Part shown: positions 30,304 through 41,263 of the stretch, one piece after another
Layout of the letters: every line of letters starts with the position of its first letter
Numbering within the stretch: the first letter of the stretch is position 1
NCBI GenBank assembly: GCA_963702425.1
Contig: CAVPCQ010000040.1
Location: 32,001-96,000, forward strand
Reading direction: 5' to 3'
Source of the DNA: an uncultured Acidobacteriota bacterium
GTDB taxonomy: Bacteria; Acidobacteriota; Polarisedimenticolia; J045
DNA: 64,000 nt
Program-made: the position numbers and the translations under genes
The notes under the pieces: generated by a model
Told to the model about the DNA's origin: nothing
Databases searched by the model: none
Seen by the model: only the letters and a program-made list of their open reading frames with translations

Positions 30304-33300
30304 TCACTGCTTGGTCGCTGTCAGTTGCGCGGCACCCTGGCTCTGCAACTTCGGTTGGCTCACGGTAGTTCGTATCTTCTTGATCTTGTCCTGAATGACC
30401 CGCAGCAGTGCTGCTTTCTTGTTTGGATCTGAGGTCGCGGCCCAGCTCTTGACGAGCGACTCGATTTGCGAGAAGGGGACCGGCGATCCCGCCGACCGTC
30501 CCGTTTGCGCATTGAAGCTGACAATTGCGTTGTATGTGGCGCGCGCCGCGTTTACGAGTTTATCGGGGTTCCGGGTCGTATCGTCCGGGGACTTCGCCCA
30601 GGGCTTCATGCTTTCTGCGGCATGGCCAAGTCCGTTTCGATACCCCGCGTGAGCGTAGGCATCCTGCTTCACGTGAAGCGCTTCGCCAAGTCCGAGCGTG
30701 GATGAGGTGACGACAGCCTCTTGGAAGAATGCCTGCTGCTGTGCTGTGCAGATTGGGAACGAGTGCCAGCGCGCTTGATTGTCGATCCCTTCCGGTGTCA
30801 CTTTGCTCGCTGGTGTGTTGTCGTCAACGGCCGCGTCCCCGAAGGCGATGGCCGAAGCGTCGGCGTTGCTTGACCCGGCTGCAACCGCGAGCACCGCGGT
30901 GAGGTCGTTGTGGACGTCCTCGCCGTATCGTCCATCTGGATCGCGATATCGGAGCGGATTGCCGAAGGCATAGCTGTACCTGTTGAATGACGACGGCACT
31001 TGCAGTTCCCCTGTGACGGTATCGGCGCTTACGAAGGCCGCCACCGCGCTTCCGTAGTACCGCGCCCCCATGTAGTCCAGCCCCGTCGCCAGGTCCCGCT
31101 CGTGCCCCGTGAACTGCCGCGTGCTCCCCCCGACCGACGGCGTCGCGCTCTGCGGCATCCGCGCGCCGTACGGATAGTCGTCGTACCCCACGACCACGTA
31201 CCCCGCTTCGTCCGTCACGTTCCGCAGCGTCCCGAGGTGGTCGCGGTGGTGGTACCAGTTGACGAAAGCCGGCCCGCTCGGCGGGTCCGGCGGGTCCTGC
31301 CCTCCACCGGGGCAGGGGTTCATGCCGATCCCCTGCTCGCCCGCCTCCGCGGAGGGCAGACCGGCCATCGGGCTCGCCGCCGCATCCACGGTCTCCAGGT
31401 AGAGCGCGCCACACGGCGCCGACAGCGCCTGCGACGCCAGGGTGTACGACAGCACGCTCGACGGCAGCGCCGTCGGGGTCAGCAGCACCGTCGTCTGCCC
31501 GTCGCTGGATCGGAAGAACAGGCGCTGGGCTTTTCCCGTGTCCTGCACCAAGCCCCAGCGCACCACCAGGTTGTTCGACGCCCAGTGGATCGCGAGCGCT
31601 CGGACCGGGTTGGGAGAGGTCGCCGTCACGGCTGGATCGTACGCCAGGGAGACCGGGGCCGAATAGCCCGATCCGACCTGGCCGTCCTTCCGGATCCGGA
31701 CCGCGTTCGACTCCAGGGGCGAGAGCGCGCTCTCCGGCAGCGTGAACCGCCCCTGGGCGTCGAGCGTCACCCCCGTGACCCGATTCCGGTAGCCGGAGGG
31801 CGCCGCGATGTCCACCGTGTACGATCCGGCGCCCGCTCCCGCGGTCACCACGAAGCGCTCGTTCGTTCCGCTCGTCAACGGGCTGTTCGCCGCCATCTCG
31901 GGCGGGGCCACGCCGACCTTGCGCTCCACCAGCAGTTTCCCCAGCCCGTACACGAAGTCCGCCTTCAGCACCGGGCCCCCGCTGGTCGGGGTTTCCACGA
32001 ACTCCGACAGCGCTTGACCGCCCTCGTCGCGCAGCGTCAGGACGACCTTCCCATCGCGGCCCATCCGGAACCAGCGCTGCCCGGCGGCGTCGTAGCGGTA
32101 CCATTCGCCGGGCACCCCGGCGCTCGTCCAGGGGTCGCCTTCCACGAAGGCCTGCATCCGGTTGTTGGCGTCCCAGCGGGCCCCCACGGCTTGCTGCTGC
32201 TGGCCCTTGAAGCGCACCAGGTTGCCGTTGGGGTCGTACGAAAACGCCGCGTCGGTCATCCGGTTGTCGTTGTTCTCCAGCGCCTGCGGGAACGTGTGCG
32301 CGAAGTCGTGTCCCGGCGGCTCGGGGACCTGCGTCGTGGACACGAGCGTCTGCGACAGCATGTTCCCGGCGAGGTCGTACACCCAGCTCAGCTGGTCCGG
32401 TGTCGTGACCGCCGGAGCCTGCGCCTGCGGCAGCACCTTGGCCCCGACCAGGCGGAATGCGGCGTCGTAGGTGAATCGCTGGCTGCCGATCGCCGTGATG
32501 TCGCCCCCACCGTCGAAGGCGTAGGTCCCGCTCTGCCACGGCGCGAGCGTACCGCTCGCGACCGGGGCCGACACCGTCATGCTCACGGGACGGTGAAGTA
32601 CGTCGCGCGGGATCGCCAGCGACGTCCAGTTGGCCAGCCCGATCCACGTTGGCTGCCCAGCGGCGTCGTATTCGATCGGCGCGTGGCCGTCCAGGGATGA
32701 TAGGAAGTCCGGGCCATGGGCGCCGGCGATTCCGATCAGCGAGCCGCGGCGCCGCTGGAACAAATACCTCCTTTCCTCGGTCGACGAGCGATACGGTGCG
32801 TCCAGCGAAGCGACCTGGCCACCGGCTGACCACGCCTGGCGAAGAATGAAATCAGCCCATTCGGCATCCGAGTTCGGCGATGCATAGCCCTTCCAGTCGA
32901 GGCGCTGCCGCGCGCCTGAAAGGCGGCCGTTAATTCCCTTGAAGACGAATCGACGCTCGCCGATTAGCCGGCCGCCCTCGTAAGACAGCACGCGCCCCAC
33001 GCGGCCGAGGTATGCGTTGGTACTCTCGTCGCCCCCGCTGCAAGCGTAGGTAGCCTGAAACGACGCGCCACCACATGCGTCGTGATCCCAGACTGTCTCC
33101 GACATGGGATCGAGTGGATCGCGCCCGAGAGCCACATCATCGATCGCGATGCCTTCACCGAGCTCGGAGGATTCACTGTCCCCCTTGTTGAAGGCAAACC
33201 AGAGGTAGACCGCCTGCGTCCCGGTCCACTCCGTCTCGCTGAAAGCATCTGCCAACCGGATCGAGGGGGAGCGCAGCCATTGCCCGAATGATACCTGCTC

Positions 33301-36300
33301 CTCATCCAGACGGAACAGGACTCGCCGATTCGGGAACTGCGGTGTGTCCGACTGCCGTGTGACCCAAACCTCGAAGGCATCGTGGTCGCCCCCCGACGGT
33401 GTCTCTCGGACGCGTCGCCAGTACGTGAACGAGAGGCTGTCGAGACGCGACACATCTGGGACCGCCAGGCGTATGACCTCCCAGCGGTTCGAAGCCGAGG
33501 AGTAGGTGCACCCCGAACCCAACCGGAGCGCGCCGGTTCCGCCCCCCGAGGGCGGCGCCGGGAGGGTCGCGCAGTTGCCGTACATCGCCTGTCCCCAGGC
33601 TGTGTCTTGGGTCGAATCGAAATCTCCGGAAGCGCTGATGACGCCCTCATCCCACGCACCGAGGGAGCCGTCGAAATGGCGGCTGTCTCCACCGATGAGG
33701 GTGGCGCCAACGGCCACGGGGGCGTCTGGCGTCCCCAGGCGCTTCCGCGTGACCGTGGGGCGTCCCGCTGCATCATTTAGCGTCTCGAAGAAGTACTCTT
33801 GAGTGAGCGTCTTTCCTTTCTCGTCCTGCCACGCCAGCAGATTGCCCCACACGTCGTACCGCGCGAACGACTCGCTCCCCTTCTCCGGGTTGAACGACTC
33901 GCGCAGCCGGCCGAGGGCGTCGTGCTCGAACGTCCGGGTCTGGCCGGCCGGCGCCCAACTGGGGTTCACCCAACTCCCGAACGGGTCGCCCGGGAGCTGG
34001 CTCACGAGCGTCACCTTCTCGAGCTTCCCTCGGGGGTCATACCGATAGACCGCGTCGGCTCCGTCCCCGACGCCATCCGGCGCCTCGGCGTCGGTGTCGA
34101 CCATCGCCAGCCGACCCAGGCCATCCCGATAAAGCCGCGTCGTGACGTATTCCGTGGCCGCTGCGGTCCCATCGCCGTTCGCGTCGACGCCGTAGACCCG
34201 CGTCTCCTCGTGCGGCCCGCAGTAGCGCTTGTCGGTCCGCGCGCCGTCCGCCAACTCGATGCGCCGCGCTCGCCCGAGCGGGTCGGGCGTGACGTCGAGC
34301 GGGTTCGCACCGCCGCCGTTCGGCACGCCGTAGAAGGTCACCGTCCCGCGCGGTCGGCTGCCGGCCCCTCCGACGAGTGGGATCCCGGTCACGCTGTAGG
34401 AGTTGTCAGCCGTTCCGTCGTTATCCCAGCTCCAGGTCGCCTTCGAGGCCGCCGTGTACTCGCTTTCCTTCATCCACTCCGAGACGAAGATCTCGCGGCC
34501 CCGGGTGTCGTAGCGCACGATCTGGACCGCCATCTCGTTGGACTGCGGCATCGCGCGCCGCCGTTTGACGACGCGGCCGAGGCCGTCGTACTCCTCGTCG
34601 CTGTATTCCTGCTGGGTGTTGCCGCCGTCGTAGGCTGTCTCGCCCCCCGGCGACCGGATGACCCGCGCCTCGCGCAGCGTCGGATAGACGATGCGGGTCG
34701 CGTGCTCGTCGGACCCGGCGGGGTCGATCGTCGTCAGGCGTCCGAGAGTGTCGAAATCGAAGAGCGTCGTGAACCCGTTCGGATCGCTGCTGGAGTCCAC
34801 CTGGCCCCCGACGTCCGCGCCGATCGACTGGCTGTCGTAGGAGAGCGGCGAGATCCGCGCCGTCACCGCCCGGCCGAGGTTCCAGGTGTAGTTGACGGTG
34901 TAGGCCGCCCGGCCTCCGCCGACCCGCAGGTCCCCGCCGCTGTAGTTCGCGGTTTCGAGGTTCCCGCGGCCGCTGTATCCCAGGTCCGAGACGAGGTCGC
35001 GGTCCGAGGTCGGCCCGGGACTCGCCGTGCCGGTGGGAGCGAACCCTGCAGCCTGCCAGGCCTGAAGCGCGCGAAGTCGGGTCATCTGGCCGGTGCATCC
35101 GGTCGTCCCGCTGTCCCCGGAGTGGGCCAACTGGACCTCGTAGCGGCGGCCGTCGGAAGCCGTCCCCTCCTCCACGAAGGCGAAGGCGGCCCGGCTGAGG
35201 ATGTGTGCCGTCTTGCGGCAGGCCGGTGCCGGGACGGACGAGCCGGGGGCGCTCCCGTCCTCGTCGTAGTGGACATAGGTCAGCCGCCGCCGCGACAGGA
35301 GCGAATTCCCGGTGGCCGGGCGGTCGAGGACGGAGACCCGCCACTCGTTCCAGCCCGTCCTTTGGTAGTTATTCTCCGCGATCTTCTTCGGCCAACTGGA
35401 CGAGCTCTCGAAGCAGGTCGCCCCCTCGTGGTGGAAGGTCGTCTCCACCTCACTTTCCATCGGCGCGGTCGCGTAACATCGTAGGGGACCATCGCACTGT
35501 TCCGTGTAGTCATATGCGTGACTCTCAATGCGGACAGGCGTCACACCGTCGGACGCAAGGATCTTCCGAGTCGCCAAGTGGCCGGAGGCCGAGGCGTTTG
35601 GGTACTCAGCGTCTATCATGTTTGGGCAGGGGTGCCCGTGGAACGTCGACTCACTCACCAGATCATCTGGGCCGATCTCGCGAAACCGATTGACTATCTG
35701 AGTCCATGGTTCACAGATCTGCAACTCGTTTGGATCTAGCCGGAAGGCCCTCTCCCACCTCCACACGCTCCTGGGCTGCCCAGAACCGTCGCCGCCCGCC
35801 CCGAGCCCTTCTGGAAAGAGGATCCTCTTCGCAACCCCCTGGCAGAGGCGCGGTAGTGCCCCATTGACGTCCTCATTGGTGATTCTCATACCGCATTGCC
35901 AATTAGCATACCGGTAGGTCGAAGCGCCACCCAGCGGATACACGACCCGATCGAGAAGCGCCGCCGACCCCGGGTCGACTCCTCCCCCGAGCATTCCCCG
36001 GCGGTATCCGTACTCGATCGCGCCGGTCGCTGAACCCGGTATCTTCGGTAGGATCACTTTTCGCAGTACGGGGACGTCGACCGTCTGCCCGTCGTCCGTC
36101 TCTGACTCCTTGCCGTACACGAACTTGTATACGACATCCTGTGCTGCGCCTCGTGTTCCCTTGAATCCAGTAGCGTGGATCTCCTTCAGCATCCCGACGA
36201 ACGTCGGGCTCCAGATCTTCTGATCGGACCCGTCGAGAAGCAGGTCGCCGTCATTACTGTCCGCGGCAGTCCACGGCAGCGTCGTGATCTTCACCTCAGT

Positions 36301-37135
36301 GTCATTGATCGATCGGATGCCCGTGATCGCCTCCGGGTACGGCCCGGAGCGCTCATATTCGATCTCGACGCCGTTCCCGCGAACATCTTCGATCCGTGTG
36401 GCGTACCACCCGTTGCGATCGTGGTTCCGAATCCAGCCCTTCCCATCCGCCGGTACGTCATCCATGACGATCTGCTCGAGTTGATACTTCGTTCCATCTT
36501 CGGTAGTCACGTCGTAGTGAGCCGGAGTTGTCCCTTGCGCCGGGACGAGCGCATACTTCAACAGGGGGTGGGCCTCCCGTTGGCTGAGCATGTTGTGCTC
36601 CGTCCCCTGAGCGTCGACGAAGAAGAGCTCGCGTCCCTGGTTGTCGAAGACCTCGGGGGCGACGGAACTGTGCACTGCCCGCTTGAATACTCGACCGAGA
36701 TGCATCGTCCAGCCGAACCCGATCCAGCTTCGTCCACTGAGCAGCACCCGAAAATCGTGCTCGAAGTTCGCTTTGTTCTGGTATCGGACGCGATCCCGCC
36801 GGACCCGAAGGCTGTTGTAGGAGCGGACCAAGCCGAACGACCCGCCGCCGTCGAGCGGGTAGCTCGGGCTGCTCGCATGCGTGATCAGGAGGTTGCCGGA
36901 ATACAAGGAAACATTCTCGTTGTTCTCGAAGCCCGCGTAGATCGAATGGTCCGGGACGCCGGGTTCCGACGCGACGACCGCGTTCCGGTCATACGTCGTC
37001 GTGTCGATGTCCGGAGGGGCGGCGAGAGCTGCTCCCGTGAGGTTCGCCGCGGCGACGAGAAAGAGGGCTTCCGCGCACAGCGCGCGGCTTACGCCCCCCC
37101 CCCAACCGGGTTTGGCAGAGTGTTTGCATTGTCAT
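30304..37135 (-). CDS. Full-length Rhs/YD-repeat polymorphic toxin (~2,280 aa) with Sec-type leader; ATG out of frame at the G10 tract 37094-37103
   Basis: YDGLGR/HDALGR repeats, HRDHLG, FTGHERD..TGLDYMGARYY, NPLRYRDPDGR. The frame stays open upstream of 36906 through ALFLVAAANLTGAALA-APP. Confidence 0.9.
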
Positions 37136-37177
37136 GTTGCCCCCTGCGCGGTGTGACTTATCACCAGGCGCAAGGGG

Positions 37178-37207
37178 ACGATACGCGCGATCTGGGCGGC
37201 GAGTCAA
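37178..37207 (-). promoter_or_regulatory. Candidate sigma70 promoter for the Rhs gene
   Basis: TTGACT-18 bp-TATCGT on the minus strand; AGGGGG lies just before ATG 37135. Confidence 0.45.
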
Positions 37208-37351
37208 GATGGGCGGAGACCGAATCGTGCTTCGGGCCGGCACGGCGGTCGGCCCCTACGGTGGTCGAGGCGACCACGGTATGGACGTCGATCGCGCGGG
37301 GCGAGGCGATCGGGGCAGTCGCGACGATCGAAGCAGGCGCACAGACCGGCC

Positions 37352-39007
37352 TCACCCCGGCGCGTCCCTCAGCCGCTTCACCCGCCCTCGCGTCTTCGCC
37401 CACAGCTCGTCGAACTGCGCGCGCTGCGCCGCGCGGCGCTCGCGCTGCACCTGCACCAGCCCGCCGAGCGCCAGCAGCTCGGCCGCGCTCGTGCGGGACG
37501 CGACGCGCTGCTCGGTCAGCCGCTCCAGCTCGGCCTGCGCGACGACCGCGTCCTGGTGCTCGCCCAGGCAGTCCTGCAGCTCGACCAGCGCGCGGATCAG
37601 CTTGCGCTCGTCCTCCGTCAGCAGCTCGACGAAGAACTCGCAGGTGTAGCGCAGCCCCTTGAAGAGGATCCGCAGCTCGTGCAGGTCCTTCGCCTCCGGC
37701 GGACCGTCCAACCGCTTCTGCCAGCGCAGCACGCGCCGCGCCGCGCGCGCGACCAGGCGCGGGGCGACCTCGGCGGCGGGCGGGGTCGCCGCGAAGCCCG
37801 CGTCGACCCCGGCAACGGCCTCGCTCACCGCCTCGCCGGCACCGCTTTCCGCGGCCGCATCCGCGGGCGGCTCCTCCGTGAACCCCGCCGTCGCCGCCGC
37901 CAGCGCCTCCGGCTCGGGCGCCAGCGTCCGCAGCCCCTCGACGATCGCGCGCGTACGCTCCGACTCCAGCGCCGGCACCAGCTCCGCCCGCGCCGCGTCG
38001 CGCCGCCGGTGCAACAGGCGCAGCAGCTTCTCGACCGCCGCAGGGTCGGCCTCGCAGCGCGCGAGGTCGTGCTCCAGCCGGTCGACGAAGACGTCGAGGT
38101 CGCGCACCGTACCCAGCAGGCCGCCGATCCAGCGCAGCTCCTCGCGCAGCGCCTGGCAGCGCTCGTCGCCGAACCACGGCGCGAGCAGGCGCAGCGCGAA
38201 GCGCGCGCGGCGGGTCGCGACGCGCAGGTCGTGCAGGAACTCGGGGTCCAGGTCGAGCAGCGTCCCCTCGGTGTTGGCCCACATCTTGTAGGCCTGCCGC
38301 GCGAACACCTTGCGACCGGCGCGCACGATGTCGTCCGACGGGAAGAGCTTCAATTCCGGCGGGACGGGCGCGCCGGGCAGCGGCCGCCCCAGCGCGACGA
38401 GCCCCGCAACGAGCGGGTCGGGCGGCCCCGGCATCGGGCCCGCCAGGTGGCTCAGCGCGGCGGTGAGGCGGAACGCCGGCTCGCCGTCCTCGGCCTCGAC
38501 GACGAGCAGACGCGGGCCCTTCGCGGTGCCGCGGCGGTGCGGGCTGCGGAACGACCAGGTCGCGATCGCCAGCCGCGCCCGCTCACCGGCCGGCCCGGTC
38601 AGCTCCCACGCGCGCTCCTTCGCCTCGACGATCAGGACCGAGAGCAGCTTCGCGCCACCCTGCACCGCCAGCACGCGGTCGGCGAGCGGGCCCGACGCCG
38701 GCAGCGCGGCGACACCGGCGGCCTCGCTCTCTGCGATCAGCTGCCCCTCTTCGAAGAGCTGCAGCCGCCCGTCGTCGATCCGCCGCGCGAGCCGCAGTCC
38801 TTCCTCGAACAGGCAGCCGTCATGGGTATCGAGGTAGATCCGCGTGGCCTCGTCCGCCGCCGCCTCGCCGGCCGTGAACCCGGCCTTGGCGACGGCCGCC
38901 AGCAGCCGCGCCTCCGGCAGCCCGTGCGGCAGCGGGAAGGCGTGCACGCGGCGCAGCGGCGCCGCGCCGGGATCGTTCCCCTGCCCGACGCCGTCGGCTG
39001 CGCCCAC
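37352..39007 (-). CDS. CHAD domain protein with degenerate CYTH-like N-terminus
   Basis: LHDLRVATRRAR, VRDLDV, LHELRILFKGLRYTCE, LQDCLGEHQD; N-terminal YLDTHDGCL. Confidence 0.9.
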   Translation of the reverse strand: MGAADGVGQGNDPGAAPLRRVHAFPLPHGLPEARLLAAVAKAGFTAGEAAADEATRIYLDTHDGCLFEEGLRLARRIDDGRLQLFEEGQLIAESEAAGVAALPASGPLADRVLAVQGGAKLLSVLIVEAKERAWELTGPAGERARLAIATWSFRSPHRRGTAKGPRLLVVEAEDGEPAFRLTAALSHLAGPMPGPPDPLVAGLVALGRPLPGAPVPPELKLFPSDDIVRAGRKVFARQAYKMWANTEGTLLDLDPEFLHDLRVATRRARFALRLLAPWFGDERCQALREELRWIGGLLGTVRDLDVFVDRLEHDLARCEADPAAVEKLLRLLHRRRDAARAELVPALESERTRAIVEGLRTLAPEPEALAAATAGFTEEPPADAAAESGAGEAVSEAVAGVDAGFAATPPAAEVAPRLVARAARRVLRWQKRLDGPPEAKDLHELRILFKGLRYTCEFFVELLTEDERKLIRALVELQDCLGEHQDAVVAQAELERLTEQRVASRTSAAELLALGGLVQVQRERRAAQRAQFDELWAKTRGRVKRLRDAPG

Positions 39008-39010
39008 GCG

Positions 39011-39529
39011 CTACGCCTTCGCTTCGGGGGCGGGCGGCTTCGCCGCGACCGTCCCGGCTCCGGCCTTGGCCTTCGCTTTCACCTTGGCCTTCGCTTTCGC
39101 CTTGGGCTTCGCTTTCACCTTGGGCTTCGCCGCGACCGTCCCGGCTCCGGCCATGTCCTTGTCCTTCTCTTTCGGCGCCCCGCCGTCGAGCAGCTCCTCG
39201 ACTTCGCAGAGCAGCTTCTCGACGCGCCCCAGGTCCTTCGCGCGCCCGCGCGGCGGCTTGAGCTTCGCTTGCAACTTGTCGAGCGCGCGGGTCAGCCGCG
39301 CCGTGTCGGCCTCCGCCAGCCCGCTCCCCTTCCCGCCCAGCCGCGCCTCGAGCGCGGCCAGCACGGCGTCGGACTGGTCGAGGTAGACCTCGAGCGTCTT
39401 CACGATGTCGGCCCGCAGCGCGAGCACCCGTCCGGCAAGGCCGGCGGGCCCGGCGGGCACCTTCTTCGAGGCTGCCGCTGCGGGTGCCCTGCGGACCGTC
39501 TTCTTCGCTTTCGCCTTCGCCTTCGCCAT
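39011..39529 (-). CDS. Small basic protein with histone-H1-like Lys/Ala tails
   Basis: MAKAKAKAKK N-tail, KPKVKAKPKAKAKAK C-tail and a helical core; tightly packed between ppx and CHAD. Confidence 0.75.
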   Translation of the reverse strand: MAKAKAKAKKTVRRAPAAAASKKVPAGPAGLAGRVLALRADIVKTLEVYLDQSDAVLAALEARLGGKGSGLAEADTARLTRALDKLQAKLKPPRGRAKDLGRVEKLLCEVEELLDGGAPKEKDKDMAGAGTVAAKPKVKAKPKAKAKAKVKAKAKAGAGTVAAKPPAPEAKA

Positions 39530-39530
39530 G

Positions 39531-41183
39531 TCAGCTCCCCGTCACGCCGCGAAAGGCCACCTTGGCCCCGAACGCCTTCGCGAACAGCGGCGCCTTGCGC
39601 TTGAGCGCCCAGTGCTCGAGCAGGAGGTCCCCGTCCCCCTCGAACCGGATCGCCAGCTGGTTGCGTTTCTTTTCGACGATGCGCACGCTGCGCACCTTCT
39701 GCCGATGCTCGCGGTCCATCGCGTCGGCCAGGCGCAGGATCGACGCCAGTTTCCTCACCCGCTCGCGGTCCGCCGGCGGCAGGCGGACGAACTGCTCGTG
39801 GTGCGCGGCCGGCTCGCCCCGCCGGTGATAGCGCGCGACGTTCGCGACCAGCAGGATCTCGCGCGGCGCGAACCCCGGCAGCTCGGACTGCGAGACCAGG
39901 TAGAGCGTGTGCTTGTGGTGCCGCTTGGAGCTGACGAACGAGCCGATGTCGTGCAGCACCGCCGCCGCCAGCAGGACCCGCCGGTCGTCGTCGCTCAGCC
40001 CGTGGCGCTCCTTGAGCTGGTCGAAGATCGACGAGGCCAGCCGCGCGACGTGCGTCGCGTGCCCCTCGTCGAACAGGTAGCGCCGGCCGAGCGCGATCGC
40101 CCCCTCGTAGGCGAGCTGCGTCGCGCGGTCCTCGTGGGCGCGGTGGGTCGCGAGGTCGTCCACCAGGTCGAGAACGATCCCCTCCTTGATCCCGACGAAC
40201 GGCACCAGGATCTCGCGCGCGTCGGCCAGCAGCGCCAGCCGCTCGTAGAGCAGCGCCGCCGGCAGGATGATGTCGGCCCGGTCCTCGCGCAGCCCGAGCT
40301 GCTCGATCCGATCGCGGAACGACAGCCGCGAGAGGGTCTCGATCGTGCGCCGCAGGTCCTTCAGCGGCAGCGCCGCCACCCCGTCCAGGCGCGACGCTGC
40401 GCCGGCCAGCTTCGCCAGCGCCTCGATGTTGCCGCCGGTGGCGATGAACGCCGACGGGCGCTTGCCCGCGCCGAAGCTCGGCAGCCGAAGCGTGGCGATG
40501 TACTCCGTGAGCAGGCGCGAGAAGCGTCCCGGCTCCTCGCCCGCACCGGCCAGCTCCTCCAGCAGCCGCACCGAGCCCATCGTGTGCGACTCGATCCAGC
40601 GGATCCCGCGGTCGTCGACCAGCGCCACCTCGACGCTGCCGCCGCCGAGGTCGACCAGCAGCGAGCCCTCCGGCCCGAGCGAGACGCGGTTCTTGACCGC
40701 GAGATAGAAGAGCCGCGCCTCCTCGGAACCGGTGATCGGCTCCAACTCGATCCCGGCCTGGCGCTTCACCCGCGCCAGGAACTCCTCGCCGTTCTCGCTC
40801 TCGCGCACCGCGCTGGTCGCCAGCGCCCGGTAGCGCGTGACGCCGAGCCGCTTCATCGCGTCGCGGAAGCCCTTGAAGGCCGCGATCGCCGCGTCCATCG
40901 ACTGCGGCAGCAGGCGCCCGGAGAGGAAGACGCCGTGGCCGAGGCGGATCGGGATGCGCTCGCTGACCAGCGGCACGAAGCGACCGGGGGACTGGAACTC
41001 CGCCACGAAGAAGCGGATCGCCGACGAGCCGACGTCGATCGCCGCGACGCGCAGCGGGAATGCCGGCGCCCCGTCCTTCCGGCGACGCGCCGGAGCGGCC
41101 TTCCTGCGCGGCGCACGCTTCGCCGCCGCCGCGCGCGACGGCGTGGCCTTGGTGGAGCGACTGCTGGGCTTCGCGCGAGGCAT
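39531..41183 (-). CDS. ppx: Ppx/GppA exopolyphosphatase with HD domain
   Basis: AAIDVGSSAIR, ATSAVRE, EEAR, DLGGGSVE, RADII, LHDIG, ARYHR. Confidence 0.92.
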   Translation of the reverse strand: MPRAKPSSRSTKATPSRAAAAKRAPRRKAAPARRRKDGAPAFPLRVAAIDVGSSAIRFFVAEFQSPGRFVPLVSERIPIRLGHGVFLSGRLLPQSMDAAIAAFKGFRDAMKRLGVTRYRALATSAVRESENGEEFLARVKRQAGIELEPITGSEEARLFYLAVKNRVSLGPEGSLLVDLGGGSVEVALVDDRGIRWIESHTMGSVRLLEELAGAGEEPGRFSRLLTEYIATLRLPSFGAGKRPSAFIATGGNIEALAKLAGAASRLDGVAALPLKDLRRTIETLSRLSFRDRIEQLGLREDRADIILPAALLYERLALLADAREILVPFVGIKEGIVLDLVDDLATHRAHEDRATQLAYEGAIALGRRYLFDEGHATHVARLASSIFDQLKERHGLSDDDRRVLLAAAVLHDIGSFVSSKRHHKHTLYLVSQSELPGFAPREILLVANVARYHRRGEPAAHHEQFVRLPPADRERVRKLASILRLADAMDREHRQKVRSVRIVEKKRNQLAIRFEGDGDLLLEHWALKRKAPLFAKAFGAKVAFRGVTGS

Positions 41184-41263
41184 CAGTGGGCACGGCGGCG
41201 CGCCGAAAGCGCGCCGGGCGAAGTGTACCACCGCGGTGTGACGATTCCGGCCCCGGGACGGGG

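Noticed and set aside
21229-32380. Diversity-generating retroelement template/variable repeats
   Set aside because: No reverse transcriptase, and the differences are not adenine-specific; ordinary Rhs cassette homology explains them.
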